Positions 41,564 through 51,417 are shown, counted from the first letter of the stretch. The stretch is DNA of 64,000 nucleotides from Chthoniobacterales bacterium (GCA_049451035.1 JBMTVD010000001.1:910-64909); one strand, 5' to 3'. Made by a program: numbers and translations. Notes: generated by a model not told the origin, from the letters alone.

Positions 41564-41816
41564 GCGGTGATTCATGTCCTTCGGCGTCACAAGCGCGAGC
41601 GTATCGGCGCGAAAATTGCCGCACAAACTTTTTTCTGCGCTGTGTAAACTTTTTGTCAAAATCGCTTGACGTTGCCCCGCGCCGCGCGGAGCCAGCGCTC
41701 GTCGAGCGCACCGGGCCGGGCCTCCACCCACGAAGTTGAATCCGCCGTTTGCGGATGAACATCCGCGGAAAATTTTCACCGCGCGCAGGCAACGCGTGCG
41801 GACGCGGTGGCGCGTT

Positions 41817-43127
41817 TCAAGCGATGTCTTTGGCGAGCACTTTCGACTGCCGGCCACCTGCGTCATACTTCCTGCGCCGACCGGGCGGAAGAATTTCGGG
41901 CGCAGCTTCGCGGAACCCGCCTTTGAGCTGGAGATACTTGTAAGCCTGCGTGCTGAGCGCAACGAGTTGCTTGAGTCCTTTTTCCCTCGCCAGTGTTTCG
42001 GTGAAGGCCATGAGTTTGCGTCCGTGCCCTTCATTCTCGTGGTCCTTGTGCACGTAGAGACAGGCCAGCTCGCCGCACTGGTCCTCGGGATAGGCGTGCA
42101 GGGCCACGCAGCCGACGAGTTTCCCGTCGGTTTCGAGTACCCAGTAATCCTGCATTTGCTCGAGAATCTCGGCCCGCGTCCGCCGCACAAGTTCCTCGTT
42201 GTCCATCGACTGCCGGATGAGCGACATGATCGACCGCACGTCCTTTTTGAAAATCTTCCGGATCTGCTGGTATTCGTTCGAGTAAATCATGGTGCCGATT
42301 CCCTCGTTGCTGAACACCTCGTCGAGGAGGGCCTCGTTGACCCTGCCGTCGAGAATGTGCACCCGCGGCACGCCCTGGCGGCAGGCTTTGGCCCCGTAGT
42401 CGATCTTCGAATAAAGATTGGGAGCATCCCCGTTCTTCCGCTTTTTGCAGAGATCGTCCGCTTCCGCCATTCCCAGTTGCCGCGGCAACGCCACACCTCC
42501 GGGCAATTTCGTGTCCGCGGAAAGATAGATGACCTTAGCAGCCTGCAGAGCCTCGGCCAATTCGGCCGCGGCGTGGTCGGAGTTGACCCGGTAGGTGTGT
42601 CCCTCGCCGTCGAAACCGAGCGGCGCGACAACGGGAATGATCCCCTCGTGCAGCAGCATGTGCAGACATTTCGCATCGATGCGCTCGATCCGCCCCGTGT
42701 TCTCCTGGTCGATGCCGCCGAGAATTCCCGCCGGGTGCGCGATGACCGCGTTGGCATAAGCCGCCCGCAAATCCACGGAGGCCAAGCCTTCGAGAATCTC
42801 GTGCGTCAGCCGCATGGCCGCATCGATGCTCAGTTCGAGGGTGGCTGCGTCCGTGATGCCGGTGCCGTCGGTATTGCTTGCTTTGACACCCGCGCGCCGG
42901 GCCGCTTCCAGCACCTGATGGCTGGCGCCGTGAACCAAAACAACCCGGATGCTCAGCGACCGCAAGACGGCCAAATCCAACAAAATGTTGGCGAAGTTGG
43001 ACGAGGCGGCAATTTCCCCGTCCACGGCCACCACGAAGATCTTCTCGCGGAAGCGCGGCACGTATTGGAGGATTTCCCTCAGGTCGGAGACATTCACAGG
43101 GGCAGAGTTAGGGGTTTTCTCTGGCAA
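41817..43127 (-). CDS. argA: Amino-acid N-acetyltransferase (N-acetylglutamate synthase: amino-acid kinase domain plus GNAT)
   Basis: The kinase-like N-terminal domain has FVVAVDGE and VVLVHGAS. The C-terminal GNAT domain has LYVHKDHENEGHGRKLM. The start is uncertain (TTG 43127 or GTG 43097). Confidence 0.9.
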   Translation of the reverse strand: MPEKTPNSAPVNVSDLREILQYVPRFREKIFVVAVDGEIAASSNFANILLDLAVLRSLSIRVVLVHGASHQVLEAARRAGVKASNTDGTGITDAATLELSIDAAMRLTHEILEGLASVDLRAAYANAVIAHPAGILGGIDQENTGRIERIDAKCLHMLLHEGIIPVVAPLGFDGEGHTYRVNSDHAAAELAEALQAAKVIYLSADTKLPGGVALPRQLGMAEADDLCKKRKNGDAPNLYSKIDYGAKACRQGVPRVHILDGRVNEALLDEVFSNEGIGTMIYSNEYQQIRKIFKKDVRSIMSLIRQSMDNEELVRRTRAEILEQMQDYWVLETDGKLVGCVALHAYPEDQCGELACLYVHKDHENEGHGRKLMAFTETLAREKGLKQLVALSTQAYKYLQLKGGFREAAPEILPPGRRRKYDAGGRQSKVLAKDIA

Positions 43128-43194
43128 ATATCAACGCGGAAACCCCCGGACCATTCTTTACATCGGGGCTTCCGCCTGCCATTCTACGCGGTCC

Positions 43195-43692
43195 ATGTCG
43201 ATTCTCATCAACGTCCTCATTGCCATCCATGTGCTGGTCTGCCTTCTCATGGTTGGGGTCGTACTCATGCAGCGTCCCAAAAACGAGGGCCTGGGTGCCG
43301 CGTTTGGCGGGGGGATGACCGAGAACATCTTCGGCGCGCAAACAACCCACGTGCTGCAGAAATTCACTGTTTGGCTCGGTATTGTCTTCTTTGCCCTCAC
43401 CCTTCTTCTCGCCATCCTTTACGCCAAGCGGGGAACCGGCGAGACCGCCATCCAGAGGGAACTTCTCAGCCAGCCCGTACCCGCAGCCAGCGCCACCCCG
43501 GCCGCCGCTCCTGCCGCGTTGGAAAATCCCGCGGTCGAAGCTGTCGCGCCGGCCGCTACCCCGGTGGTGGTCACAACCGAACCGATCGCGGTCGAGGCCG
43601 TTGCCGCGGAAGCAGCCGAAGCTCCCGCCACCCCGGCTCCTCCCGAGCCCCCCGCCGCCGGAGCCGCCGCACCCGCACCCGCGGGCAACTGA
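43195..43692 (+). CDS. secG: Preprotein translocase subunit SecG with an Ala/Pro-rich C-terminal extension
   Basis: ATG 43195 gives MSILINVLIAIHVLVCLLMVGVVLMQRPKNEGLGAAFGGG. A second TM follows, then about 85 aa of low-complexity A/P/E tail. Confidence 0.8.
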   Translation: MSILINVLIAIHVLVCLLMVGVVLMQRPKNEGLGAAFGGGMTENIFGAQTTHVLQKFTVWLGIVFFALTLLLAILYAKRGTGETAIQRELLSQPVPAASATPAAAPAALENPAVEAVAPAATPVVVTTEPIAVEAVAAEAAEAPATPAPPEPPAAGAAAPAPAGN

Positions 43693-43710
43693 CCGTTTGC
43701 CGCGCCAGCC

Positions 43711-44556
43711 ATGCGCACGCTCGGCACGTTGGCTGAAGCGGCTGCCTTCCGGGCCTCTGTCACCTCGCCCGTGGTTCTCGTCCCGACCATGGGGGCGCTC
43801 CATGCCGGGCACGCCGCGTTGATAGACGCGGCCCGGGGACACGCCGGCAACCAAGGCACCGTGGTCGTCAGCATCTTCGTCAACCCGACGCAATTCGGCC
43901 CGCACGAGGATCTCTCCAAATATCCCCGCACCCTGGACGCCGACCTGCAGCTCTGCGCCGCGCACGGTGCCGACACCGTCTTCACCCCGAACGCATCCGA
44001 GATGTATCCGCCGGGAGACTCGACCTTCGTCGACGAAACTGTGCTCTCGCGCGGACTGTGCGGCGCACAGCGCCCGGGACATTTCCGAGGCGTCTGTACC
44101 GTGGTGGCCAAGCTCTTCAATATGATCCGTCCCGACGCCGCCATTTTCGGCGAGAAGGACTACCAGCAATTGGCCGTTGTCCGCCGCATGACGCGCGATT
44201 TGTCCTTCGGCATCGACATCATCGGCCACCCCACCGTGCGCGAGGCCGACGGACTCGCCCTGAGTTCGCGCAACCGCTACCTCGACGCCGTCGAACGGAA
44301 ACGCGCCGCCGCGTTTCCGGCCGCGCTGTCCGCCGCGACGCAAGAAACCGACCCGGCGCTGATTGTCGCCAAGGCGACCGAACTCATCACCGCCGGCACC
44401 GGATCCGCCCCGCAATACGTCGAGGTGGTCGATGCCGAGACCCTCGAACCCGTCACCCTGCTGGACCGTCCCGCCGTGCTTGCCGCCGCGGTGAAAATCG
44501 GCGAAACACGCCTCATCGACAACGTGCGGTTGGCGCCGCGGCATGCAAAAATTTGA
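43711..44556 (+). CDS. panC: Pantoate--beta-alanine ligase
   Basis: LVPTMGALHAGHAALI and FGEKDYQQ. Confidence 0.95.
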   Translation: MRTLGTLAEAAAFRASVTSPVVLVPTMGALHAGHAALIDAARGHAGNQGTVVVSIFVNPTQFGPHEDLSKYPRTLDADLQLCAAHGADTVFTPNASEMYPPGDSTFVDETVLSRGLCGAQRPGHFRGVCTVVAKLFNMIRPDAAIFGEKDYQQLAVVRRMTRDLSFGIDIIGHPTVREADGLALSSRNRYLDAVERKRAAAFPAALSAATQETDPALIVAKATELITAGTGSAPQYVEVVDAETLEPVTLLDRPAVLAAAVKIGETRLIDNVRLAPRHAKI

Positions 44557-46132
44557 CCATATCGTCCTTGGCTCCGGTATCGCCGGCCTGACTTACGCGC
44601 TCAAAGCCGCCGCCCACGGTTCGGTCGCCGTGGTGACCAAACGCGCCAAAACCACCACCAACACGGCGTGGGCCCAAGGCGGCGTGGCCTGCGTGACCAG
44701 CCCGGAGGATTCCTTCGAATTGCACGTCAAGGACACCCTCGAGGCCGGTGCGGGGCTTTGCCACGAAGACATCGTCAATCTCGTCGTGCGCGAGGGCCCC
44801 GAGCGGATCCGCGAACTGATGGAGCTCGGTATGTCCTTCGACCTGCGCGAAACGCCCGACGGCGGCACCGAGCTCGACCTCGGGCGCGAGGGCGGACACT
44901 CCAAGCGCCGCATCCTCCACGCCCACGACTTCACCGGACTGGAGATCGAGAAAACCCTCGTGGCCGCCGTGGAAAAACATCCGTCGATCACCGTGCTGGA
45001 GGACCACATGGCCATCGACCTCATCACCACCGGCAAACTCGGCTATGCCACCGAGGACCGCGTGGTCGGCGTCTACGTGCTCGACGAAAAATCCGGCGAA
45101 GTCCTCACCCTGCGCAGCGACCGCATCGTGCTGGCCACCGGCGGCTGCGGCAAAGTCTACCTCTACACGACCAATCCCGACATCGCTTCCGGCGACGGCG
45201 TGGCCATGGCATGGCGCGCGGGCGCGGCGGTGAGCAACATGGAATTTGTCCAGTTCCACCCGACCTGCCTGTTCCACCCCGAAGCCAAATCGTTCCTCAT
45301 CAGCGAAGCCGTGCGCGGGGAAGGCGGGCGCCTCGTCGACGAAAGCGGCACGCCCTTCATGGACCGCTACCACGCGCTGAAAGATCTCGCCCCGCGCGAC
45401 ATCGTGGCCCGCGCCATCGACGCCGAGATGAAACGCACGGGGGCCAAATGCGTCTTCCTCGACATCACGAGCAAGCCCCGGGAATTCCTCGAGGAGCGCT
45501 TCCCGAAAATCTACGAAACTTGCGCGTCCCTCGGCATCGACATCGCCACGCAACCGATTCCCGTGGTCCCCGCCGCCCACTACCAATGCGGCGGCGTGAA
45601 AACCAACGACCAGGGCGAGACCACCCTGCGCGGACTCTTCGCCATCGGCGAAGTGGCCTGCACCGGCCTGCACGGCGCCAACCGGTTGGCCAGCAACTCC
45701 CTGCTCGAGGCCCTTGTTTTCGCCCACCGGGCTTCGCTCAAGGCGACAAAAAACCACCGCACCTCCGAGGAAATCCAACTCCCCGAGTGGCGTCCCGGCA
45801 GCGTGACCGACGTGGACGAGTTGGTCGTGATCTACCACAACTGGGAAGAAATCCGCCGCCTCATGTGGGACTACGTCGGCATCGTCCGCACCGACAAGCG
45901 CCTCCAACGCGCCGCGACCCGGCTGCGCAACCTGCAGAAAGAGGTGCAGGAATTTTACTGGAACTTCAAAGTCACCACCGACCTCCTCGAACTGCGCAAC
46001 CTCGTCACCGTCGCCGCCCTCATCGTCGACTGCGCGCTGAGCCGCAAAGAAAGCCGCGGCCTCCACTACACCCTCGACTACCCCGACACCGGGGAACTTT
46101 TCGTCCGCGACACCCTCAAGCGGCGGGTTTGA
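44543..46132 (+). CDS. nadB: L-aspartate oxidase
   Basis: IVLGSGIAGLTYAL is the FAD-binding site. The product is FRD/SDH flavoprotein-like, 529 aa. Confidence 0.95.
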   Translation: MQKFDHIVLGSGIAGLTYALKAAAHGSVAVVTKRAKTTTNTAWAQGGVACVTSPEDSFELHVKDTLEAGAGLCHEDIVNLVVREGPERIRELMELGMSFDLRETPDGGTELDLGREGGHSKRRILHAHDFTGLEIEKTLVAAVEKHPSITVLEDHMAIDLITTGKLGYATEDRVVGVYVLDEKSGEVLTLRSDRIVLATGGCGKVYLYTTNPDIASGDGVAMAWRAGAAVSNMEFVQFHPTCLFHPEAKSFLISEAVRGEGGRLVDESGTPFMDRYHALKDLAPRDIVARAIDAEMKRTGAKCVFLDITSKPREFLEERFPKIYETCASLGIDIATQPIPVVPAAHYQCGGVKTNDQGETTLRGLFAIGEVACTGLHGANRLASNSLLEALVFAHRASLKATKNHRTSEEIQLPEWRPGSVTDVDELVVIYHNWEEIRRLMWDYVGIVRTDKRLQRAATRLRNLQKEVQEFYWNFKVTTDLLELRNLVTVAALIVDCALSRKESRGLHYTLDYPDTGELFVRDTLKRRV

Positions 46133-46133
46133 A

Positions 46134-47420
46134 CTACTCCCCGAACAGCGAGGCCAGCCGCGCGGCCAATTTGCGGCGCAGCACGGCGTAGGAGAAATAT
46201 TTCTGGCCCAGCTCGTAGTTGCGCGCCGCCCAGTCGGCCCGCAGTTTTTCGTCGTCGAGCACCATGCGCGTCTTGGCCACCACGTCCCGGGTGACGATTT
46301 GCGACATCTCGATGGTCTGGAAACCGAGCGGGTCGATGTCGCGCGCGTAAACCGCGTATTTGTTCACCACGACGGGCTTGCCGAAGTAGACCGCCTCGAG
46401 GAAGGCGTTGCCGAAACCTTCGTAGTGGCTCGGATAAGTGACCAGGTCGGCGTGCGGGTAGACATCGTAGAGCGTGTAGGTTTTTTGTCCGGCCGCATTG
46501 CGCCCGCGCTTCTCCCCCACCCGGTCGGCGATGTGAACCGCCTCGATGCCGGCATCGGCGATCCGCTCGTTGATGTGGTGCATGTAGTCGTTGCCCTCGT
46601 CGCCCGAGGGGTGCGAGAAAACGAGTTTGGCCCGCGGTTCGCGCAGTTGGCGGAGCAGGTCGATGGCGTGCTCGATGCCCTTGCGCGGCACGATGCGCGT
46701 GGGCTGCAGGACAAGGATGTCGTCGTCCGCCACGCCGATCTCGCGGCGAAAGTCGCGGTTGTAGGAGTCGAGGCCGGGAGCCGGCGTCTCGAAATCGAGG
46801 ACATTGGGGATGAGCGCTGACGGCAACCCGTAGCGCCGGGCCAGTTCCTTCTGCGCCATCGAATTGATCACCACGTGCTCGATGTGCGGGAGGGAGGGCG
46901 GGAAGGCGGCCATCAGGTAATCGGCCCCGGAGGTCACGGTGAACCGCTCCCTCTCCCAGGCAAAGTCATGGTGATGCGCGATCGTCGGCAGCCCGGTCTC
47001 CGCGATGTATTCGGTCACGGCCAACCCGAGCGGGATGTTCATCGGGATGGCGAGAATGTTCTGCGGAACCAGAAGCTCGATTTTGAAATCGCCGACGAAA
47101 GCGTAAAGGTCGGCTTTCAGTTTCTCCTTCAAGTCGTAAATCCGCCCGGTGGTCGCGGCCGACCGCGTGGTGCGCCCGAAAAGATCCTGCTGCGCCTCGA
47201 GGATGTCCGGGTGGTTGAAAAACGCGAGGGGCACGTGGCGGCTGAACTCGGGGGAGGTGTCGAGCAAGCCGGCCATCCAGCGGCATTCACTGCCCCCGCG
47301 GGCCAGCACTTCGGCCCATTTGCGCGTTTCCAGCGTGACGCCGTCGGTCCCGTGGAACCGCGTCGAAACGAAGCCGACGCGTTCGGGAATGTGACAGGAA
47401 AGCGGCTCGTTGATTTTCAC
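46134..47420 (-). CDS. GT-B glycosyltransferase, family 4-like (HHHDF subgroup)
   Basis: RFHGTDGVTLETRKW, AHHHDFAWERERF, and the C-terminal YPSHYEGFGNAFLEAVYFGKPVVV (GT4 EX7E region). I prefer GTG 47420; the track start 47489 would overlap the divergent neighbour. Confidence 0.8.
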   Translation of the reverse strand: MKINEPLSCHIPERVGFVSTRFHGTDGVTLETRKWAEVLARGGSECRWMAGLLDTSPEFSRHVPLAFFNHPDILEAQQDLFGRTTRSAATTGRIYDLKEKLKADLYAFVGDFKIELLVPQNILAIPMNIPLGLAVTEYIAETGLPTIAHHHDFAWERERFTVTSGADYLMAAFPPSLPHIEHVVINSMAQKELARRYGLPSALIPNVLDFETPAPGLDSYNRDFRREIGVADDDILVLQPTRIVPRKGIEHAIDLLRQLREPRAKLVFSHPSGDEGNDYMHHINERIADAGIEAVHIADRVGEKRGRNAAGQKTYTLYDVYPHADLVTYPSHYEGFGNAFLEAVYFGKPVVVNKYAVYARDIDPLGFQTIEMSQIVTRDVVAKTRMVLDDEKLRADWAARNYELGQKYFSYAVLRRKLAARLASLFGE

Positions 47421-47464
47421 GTTGCTGCATTGCCGCGTTGCGATCGCGACCCCGCGAGTTAAAC

Positions 47465-49099
47465 GTGTGGGGCGTGGATTGGAAAGCACGACTCGAAAAG
47501 GAACTCGTCTTCGTCTACGGGACGGAGCGCGGCGCGCCGCTGGCCCGCCAACTGGCGGCCCGGGCCGAAGCGCAGAAGCACCGCGCCGGACCGGAAAGTT
47601 TCGACGATCCGGCCGAGGCCCTGCTCATCACCTACGGCGACCAAGTCACCCGCGAAGGGGAATCGCCGCTCTCGGTGCTGCGCGGCTTTCTCGACCAACG
47701 GGCACGGGGGCTGGTCAGCGGGGTGCACCTCCTGCCCTTCTACCCGTGGTCCTCGGACGACGGTTTCTCGGTGAAGGATTTCCTCGCGGTCGATCCCGCC
47801 CTCGGCAGGTGGCAAGACGTGCGGGATCTCGGGCGGGATTTCGACGTGATGGCCGACGCGGTGTTCAATCACGCCTCGGCGCAGGGGGAATGGTTCGCGC
47901 GGTTCCGCGCTGACGCGGCCGGGTTCGGAGAATTTTTCGCCACGGTCGAGGGCACCCCCGACCTTTCCGCCGTGATCCGCCCGCGCGCGCTGCCGCTGTT
48001 GACCGAGTTCGGCACCGCGCGCGGTCCGCGCCGCGTCTGGACCACTTTCAGCGCCGATCAGGTCGACTTCAATTTTCGCGAACCCGACGTGATGCGCGCC
48101 TTGAGCCACGTGCTCCTTTTTTATCTCGCGCAGCGCGCACGCTACATCCGTCTCGATGCCATCGGGTTCATCTGGAAGGAACCCGGAACGACGTGTCTCC
48201 ATCTGCCGCAGGCGCATGCCTTGGTGCGGGCTTGGCGCGCTTTGGCCGACGGCGCGGCCCCGGGCGCGCGCTTGGTCACGGAGACCAATGTACCGCACGC
48301 CGACAATGTTTCGTATTTCGGCGACGGACACAACGAGGCCCACATGGTCTACAATTTCGCGTTGCCCCCGCTCGTGCTGCATACCCTGCGCACGGGGGAC
48401 GCCTCGGTGTTGATGCGCTGGGCGGCCGGACTCGCGGTCCCCTCGCCGGGCACGACCTTCTTCAACTTCCTCGCCTCGCACGACGGCATCGGGCTCAACC
48501 CCGCGCGCGGTTTGCTGCCGGAGGGTGAGATCGGCGCACTGGTCGACCTCGCCCGTCAGGCGGGTGGTTACGCCGGCATGAAAGCGATGCCGGACGGATC
48601 GCAGTCCCCCTACGAACTCAACGTGAACTATTTCGACGCGCTGGCCGTCGGGCACGACGAGGCCGCGGCGGTGCGGCGTTTCACCGTGGCGCATGCCATC
48701 GCTTTGGCCTTGGCGGGAATACCCGGCCTTTATTTCCATTCGCTCTTCGGATCGCGCGGGGATCGCGCGGGGGCCGAAGCGAGCGGCATCCCGCGGCGCA
48801 TCAACCGCCAAAAATTCGCCGCCGATGCCCTCGCCGCCGAACTCGACGACCGCGGTTCCCTGCGTCACCGGTTGCACGACAACCTCGCCGCGCTCCTGCG
48901 AAGGCGCGCGGCCAACCCCGCCTTCGCGCCCTCGGCTCCGCAGCGGGTGGTCAAGACCGATCCCGGACTTTTCGTCGTGGAGCGCGGGCACTCCGGCGCC
49001 TCCGTGCTCTGTCTGCACGAGATTGCCGGCCGCCGGCGGGAATACGCCGGGCAAGTCCTGCAACCTTACGAGGCGCGTTGGATCCCCGCGGTCAGCTGA
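47465..49099 (+). CDS. GH13_18 sucrose-phosphorylase-family glycoside phosphorylase (candidate glucosylglycerate or related phosphorylase)
   Basis: DAVFNHAS, YIRLDAIGFIWK (nucleophile Asp region), VTETNVPH and FLASHDGIG. The start is uncertain (TTG 47438, GTG 47465 or GTG 47474). Confidence 0.85.
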   Translation: MWGVDWKARLEKELVFVYGTERGAPLARQLAARAEAQKHRAGPESFDDPAEALLITYGDQVTREGESPLSVLRGFLDQRARGLVSGVHLLPFYPWSSDDGFSVKDFLAVDPALGRWQDVRDLGRDFDVMADAVFNHASAQGEWFARFRADAAGFGEFFATVEGTPDLSAVIRPRALPLLTEFGTARGPRRVWTTFSADQVDFNFREPDVMRALSHVLLFYLAQRARYIRLDAIGFIWKEPGTTCLHLPQAHALVRAWRALADGAAPGARLVTETNVPHADNVSYFGDGHNEAHMVYNFALPPLVLHTLRTGDASVLMRWAAGLAVPSPGTTFFNFLASHDGIGLNPARGLLPEGEIGALVDLARQAGGYAGMKAMPDGSQSPYELNVNYFDALAVGHDEAAAVRRFTVAHAIALALAGIPGLYFHSLFGSRGDRAGAEASGIPRRINRQKFAADALAAELDDRGSLRHRLHDNLAALLRRRAANPAFAPSAPQRVVKTDPGLFVVERGHSGASVLCLHEIAGRRREYAGQVLQPYEARWIPAVS

Positions 49100-49793
49100 G
49101 CGCCTCGCGCAAGGCGCGCCAATCGCCGTGGCCTTCGGGATGCAAATGCCATGTCATCAGGCCGGCGGCGCGGGCCGGAGCGATGTCATTGTCGGCGCGG
49201 TCGCCGACCATAAGAACTTCACCGGCCTCCAGGCCGCGCGCCCGCAGGCGGGCGAGCAGAGTTTGAAAAAAATATGGATCCGGTTTGCTGAAGCCGAGTT
49301 GCCACGACCAAAGAACGAGATCCGGCGCAAAAATACCCGGTTGCAAGCCGACCGAACGAAGCTCCGCATCCAACTCGCGCAAAGTGTAGGCCTGCGCGTT
49401 GGACGCAATGCCGAGCGGAAGGCGCGATTCGCTCCAGTGCTTCAACACGTCCGCCGCGCCCGGCAGGAGGCGCAAGCCGCGAGTGAGGCTCTGACCGGCC
49501 AGAATGAAGTCCGACTGCCGCGCCGCTTCCATCTCCGCGAATTGCGGCAGCACTGAGGCAACCATCCGCGGCCATTGCACCTCGGGAAATGCGATGCCCC
49601 GGCGCCGCGCCTCCTCGTGGTCGCGCGCGATCTCGGCGCGGCACATTTCATTGAAGGCACCCAAGTCCGGAACCCGCACCGCGCCGAAGGTCGCACGGCA
49701 GAGTTCCTGCCAACGCGTCTCGGCCTCGGCCGGAGCCGGCAGGATCTCGAGGATCGTACGGTAGACATCGCAGATGACAGCGCGCGGTTTCAT
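49092..49793 (-). CDS. HAD-superfamily hydrolase, subfamily IA, with DxY motif I
   Basis: Motif I is VICDVYRTIL. Motif II is LGIASNA. The Lys motif is GFSKPDP. Motif IV is MVGDRADNDI. The start overlaps the upstream GT stop (ATGA). Confidence 0.75.
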   Translation of the reverse strand: MKPRAVICDVYRTILEILPAPAEAETRWQELCRATFGAVRVPDLGAFNEMCRAEIARDHEEARRRGIAFPEVQWPRMVASVLPQFAEMEAARQSDFILAGQSLTRGLRLLPGAADVLKHWSESRLPLGIASNAQAYTLRELDAELRSVGLQPGIFAPDLVLWSWQLGFSKPDPYFFQTLLARLRARGLEAGEVLMVGDRADNDIAPARAAGLMTWHLHPEGHGDWRALREALS

Positions 49794-51352
49794 GTCAGGG
49801 GATCAAAAACCAAAGGATACAGGTTGTCACCCCGCAGCCGGTCTTGGAGGAAGGAGGCCAGAACTTTTTGCGGCGCATCCCCCGGCGTCGGGACCGCGCG
49901 GTCGGCCGCCTCCATCGCCGCGAGAAAATTCTCCGCAAATCGCGAGGGCGAAAGCGCCGCTGCGGCTTCTTCCCCGAATCCGGAGGCCGGCCAACCCTCC
50001 CCGCCCCGCGGCCAGGAACGCAGATCGGGGTTGGCTTCGTCGAGTACGGTCTGGAGCCGCGCGTCCGGGTGGCCGAGAACTTCTTCCTGCGCCGTGAGGG
50101 TGAGGCGGCTGAAAGGCACCAGCACCTCGTCCGAGGCAAGGACCGCTGGCTCGCCGGCCAGCGATTGCACCTCGGCCGGCAGGGCGTCCCTCCACCGGGA
50201 CCAAAGCGCGCGCTGCCGCGTCCGTTCGCCTTCGCCATCGAACAAATCACGCGGCACCATGATCTCGCGATAAACCGTCGGCGCCCGCAGACCCATACCG
50301 ACGAGATCGGGCAACACGTTGGGCAAAGCCCGCGCCACGAGGGGGCGTCCGGCAGACGCTGCCTCAAGGTAAGGAAGACCGAATCCTTCCTGCAGCGAAC
50401 TCAGCACAACGGCCTCGGCCCCCGCGATGAGCGCCGACACCGGAGGCGCATCATCCCGCCCGGCCAACACGGCCAACTGCAGAGGCCAGTGGTGCTGGCG
50501 CACGGCCTGGCGCAAACGCGCGGCGTAGGGCTGTTCGTCGGCCGAGGTGGGTCCGCCTGTCGTGACCAAACGGGCCCCCGGTCGCAACCAGCGCAGGAGG
50601 AGCAGCGCCTCGGCCATGTTTTTGCGCCGGAGCAAGCGGCAGGGAAGCAACCAGTAAGGCGTGTCCGACCCCGTGCGCCCCGCCAACCACGCTCGCGCCT
50701 CGCGCTCGCCGGCCGCGGCATGACGCGGGGCGGTCACCGGGTTGGGCAACCATCGCGCCCGCGACCCGAATCCCGAAGCTAGCAAACGGTGGTCGGCGCG
50801 GTTGATAGCCAAATGCGCGGTGCGCGGACCGTCCGGAAAAACCGCCCGTGCCGCCTCCTCCAGCGAGGGCAATCCGGCGGCTTGCATTTCCGGCCAGCGG
50901 ATCCAGCGGTTGTCGAAAAAGAAATCGTGGTGATGCAGCAGGAACGTCGCTCCCGTCGCGGCCACGGCGCGGGACCACGCCACGGCCAGCGGTGCATTGC
51001 GCCCCAAGGCGAGGTTGTGAACCCAAAGAATGGCATGCTCCCCGCCGGCCCGCGCGAGCAGATCCGTGGCGGCGTTGTCCAGTTGCGCGGGAAAATCCGT
51101 CCCCACCGGCGCGATCTCGGACCAATAAAGAAATTCCCGGCGCACCTCCACGCGCAAGGGCAAGCCGCCCAGCGCCTCACCCAGTCGCCGCGACCACGCC
51201 TCCTCCGGCGCTTCCCCGGTGGCCAGTGTTATGCCGGTGAATTCCCCGGTGGCCGCCAGCGCCGGCAACGCCGTTTCTATGACACGGCGCACTCCCCCGG
51301 GACGCAGGTGATAGTGCGAGACGACAAGCTGGCGGGCGGGACGGTCGTTCAT
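49790..51352 (-). CDS. GT-B glycosyltransferase, family 4-like (divergent paralog of 46134..47420) with a ~150-aa C-terminal extension
   Basis: ATG 51352 (MNDRPARQLVVSHYHLRPGGV). LLHHHDFFFDNRW and LSSLQEGFGLPYLEAASAGRPLVA are present. The tail is not recognised. Confidence 0.7.
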   Translation of the reverse strand: MNDRPARQLVVSHYHLRPGGVRRVIETALPALAATGEFTGITLATGEAPEEAWSRRLGEALGGLPLRVEVRREFLYWSEIAPVGTDFPAQLDNAATDLLARAGGEHAILWVHNLALGRNAPLAVAWSRAVAATGATFLLHHHDFFFDNRWIRWPEMQAAGLPSLEEAARAVFPDGPRTAHLAINRADHRLLASGFGSRARWLPNPVTAPRHAAAGEREARAWLAGRTGSDTPYWLLPCRLLRRKNMAEALLLLRWLRPGARLVTTGGPTSADEQPYAARLRQAVRQHHWPLQLAVLAGRDDAPPVSALIAGAEAVVLSSLQEGFGLPYLEAASAGRPLVARALPNVLPDLVGMGLRAPTVYREIMVPRDLFDGEGERTRQRALWSRWRDALPAEVQSLAGEPAVLASDEVLVPFSRLTLTAQEEVLGHPDARLQTVLDEANPDLRSWPRGGEGWPASGFGEEAAAALSPSRFAENFLAAMEAADRAVPTPGDAPQKVLASFLQDRLRGDNLYPLVFDPLT

Positions 51353-51417
51353 GCCGCGAGAGCCGCAGAATTCATAGGGGTTGATGATGAGGCCCCGGGC
51401 GGCGACAATCAAAACCT

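Noticed and set aside
47438-47489. Apparent 52-bp head-to-head overlap of the divergent GT4 and GH13_18 ORFs
   Set aside because: This is an artefact of taking the most upstream TTG/GTG start. Internal GTG starts (47420 minus strand; 47465 or 47474 plus strand) remove the overlap and give N-termini typical of the families.
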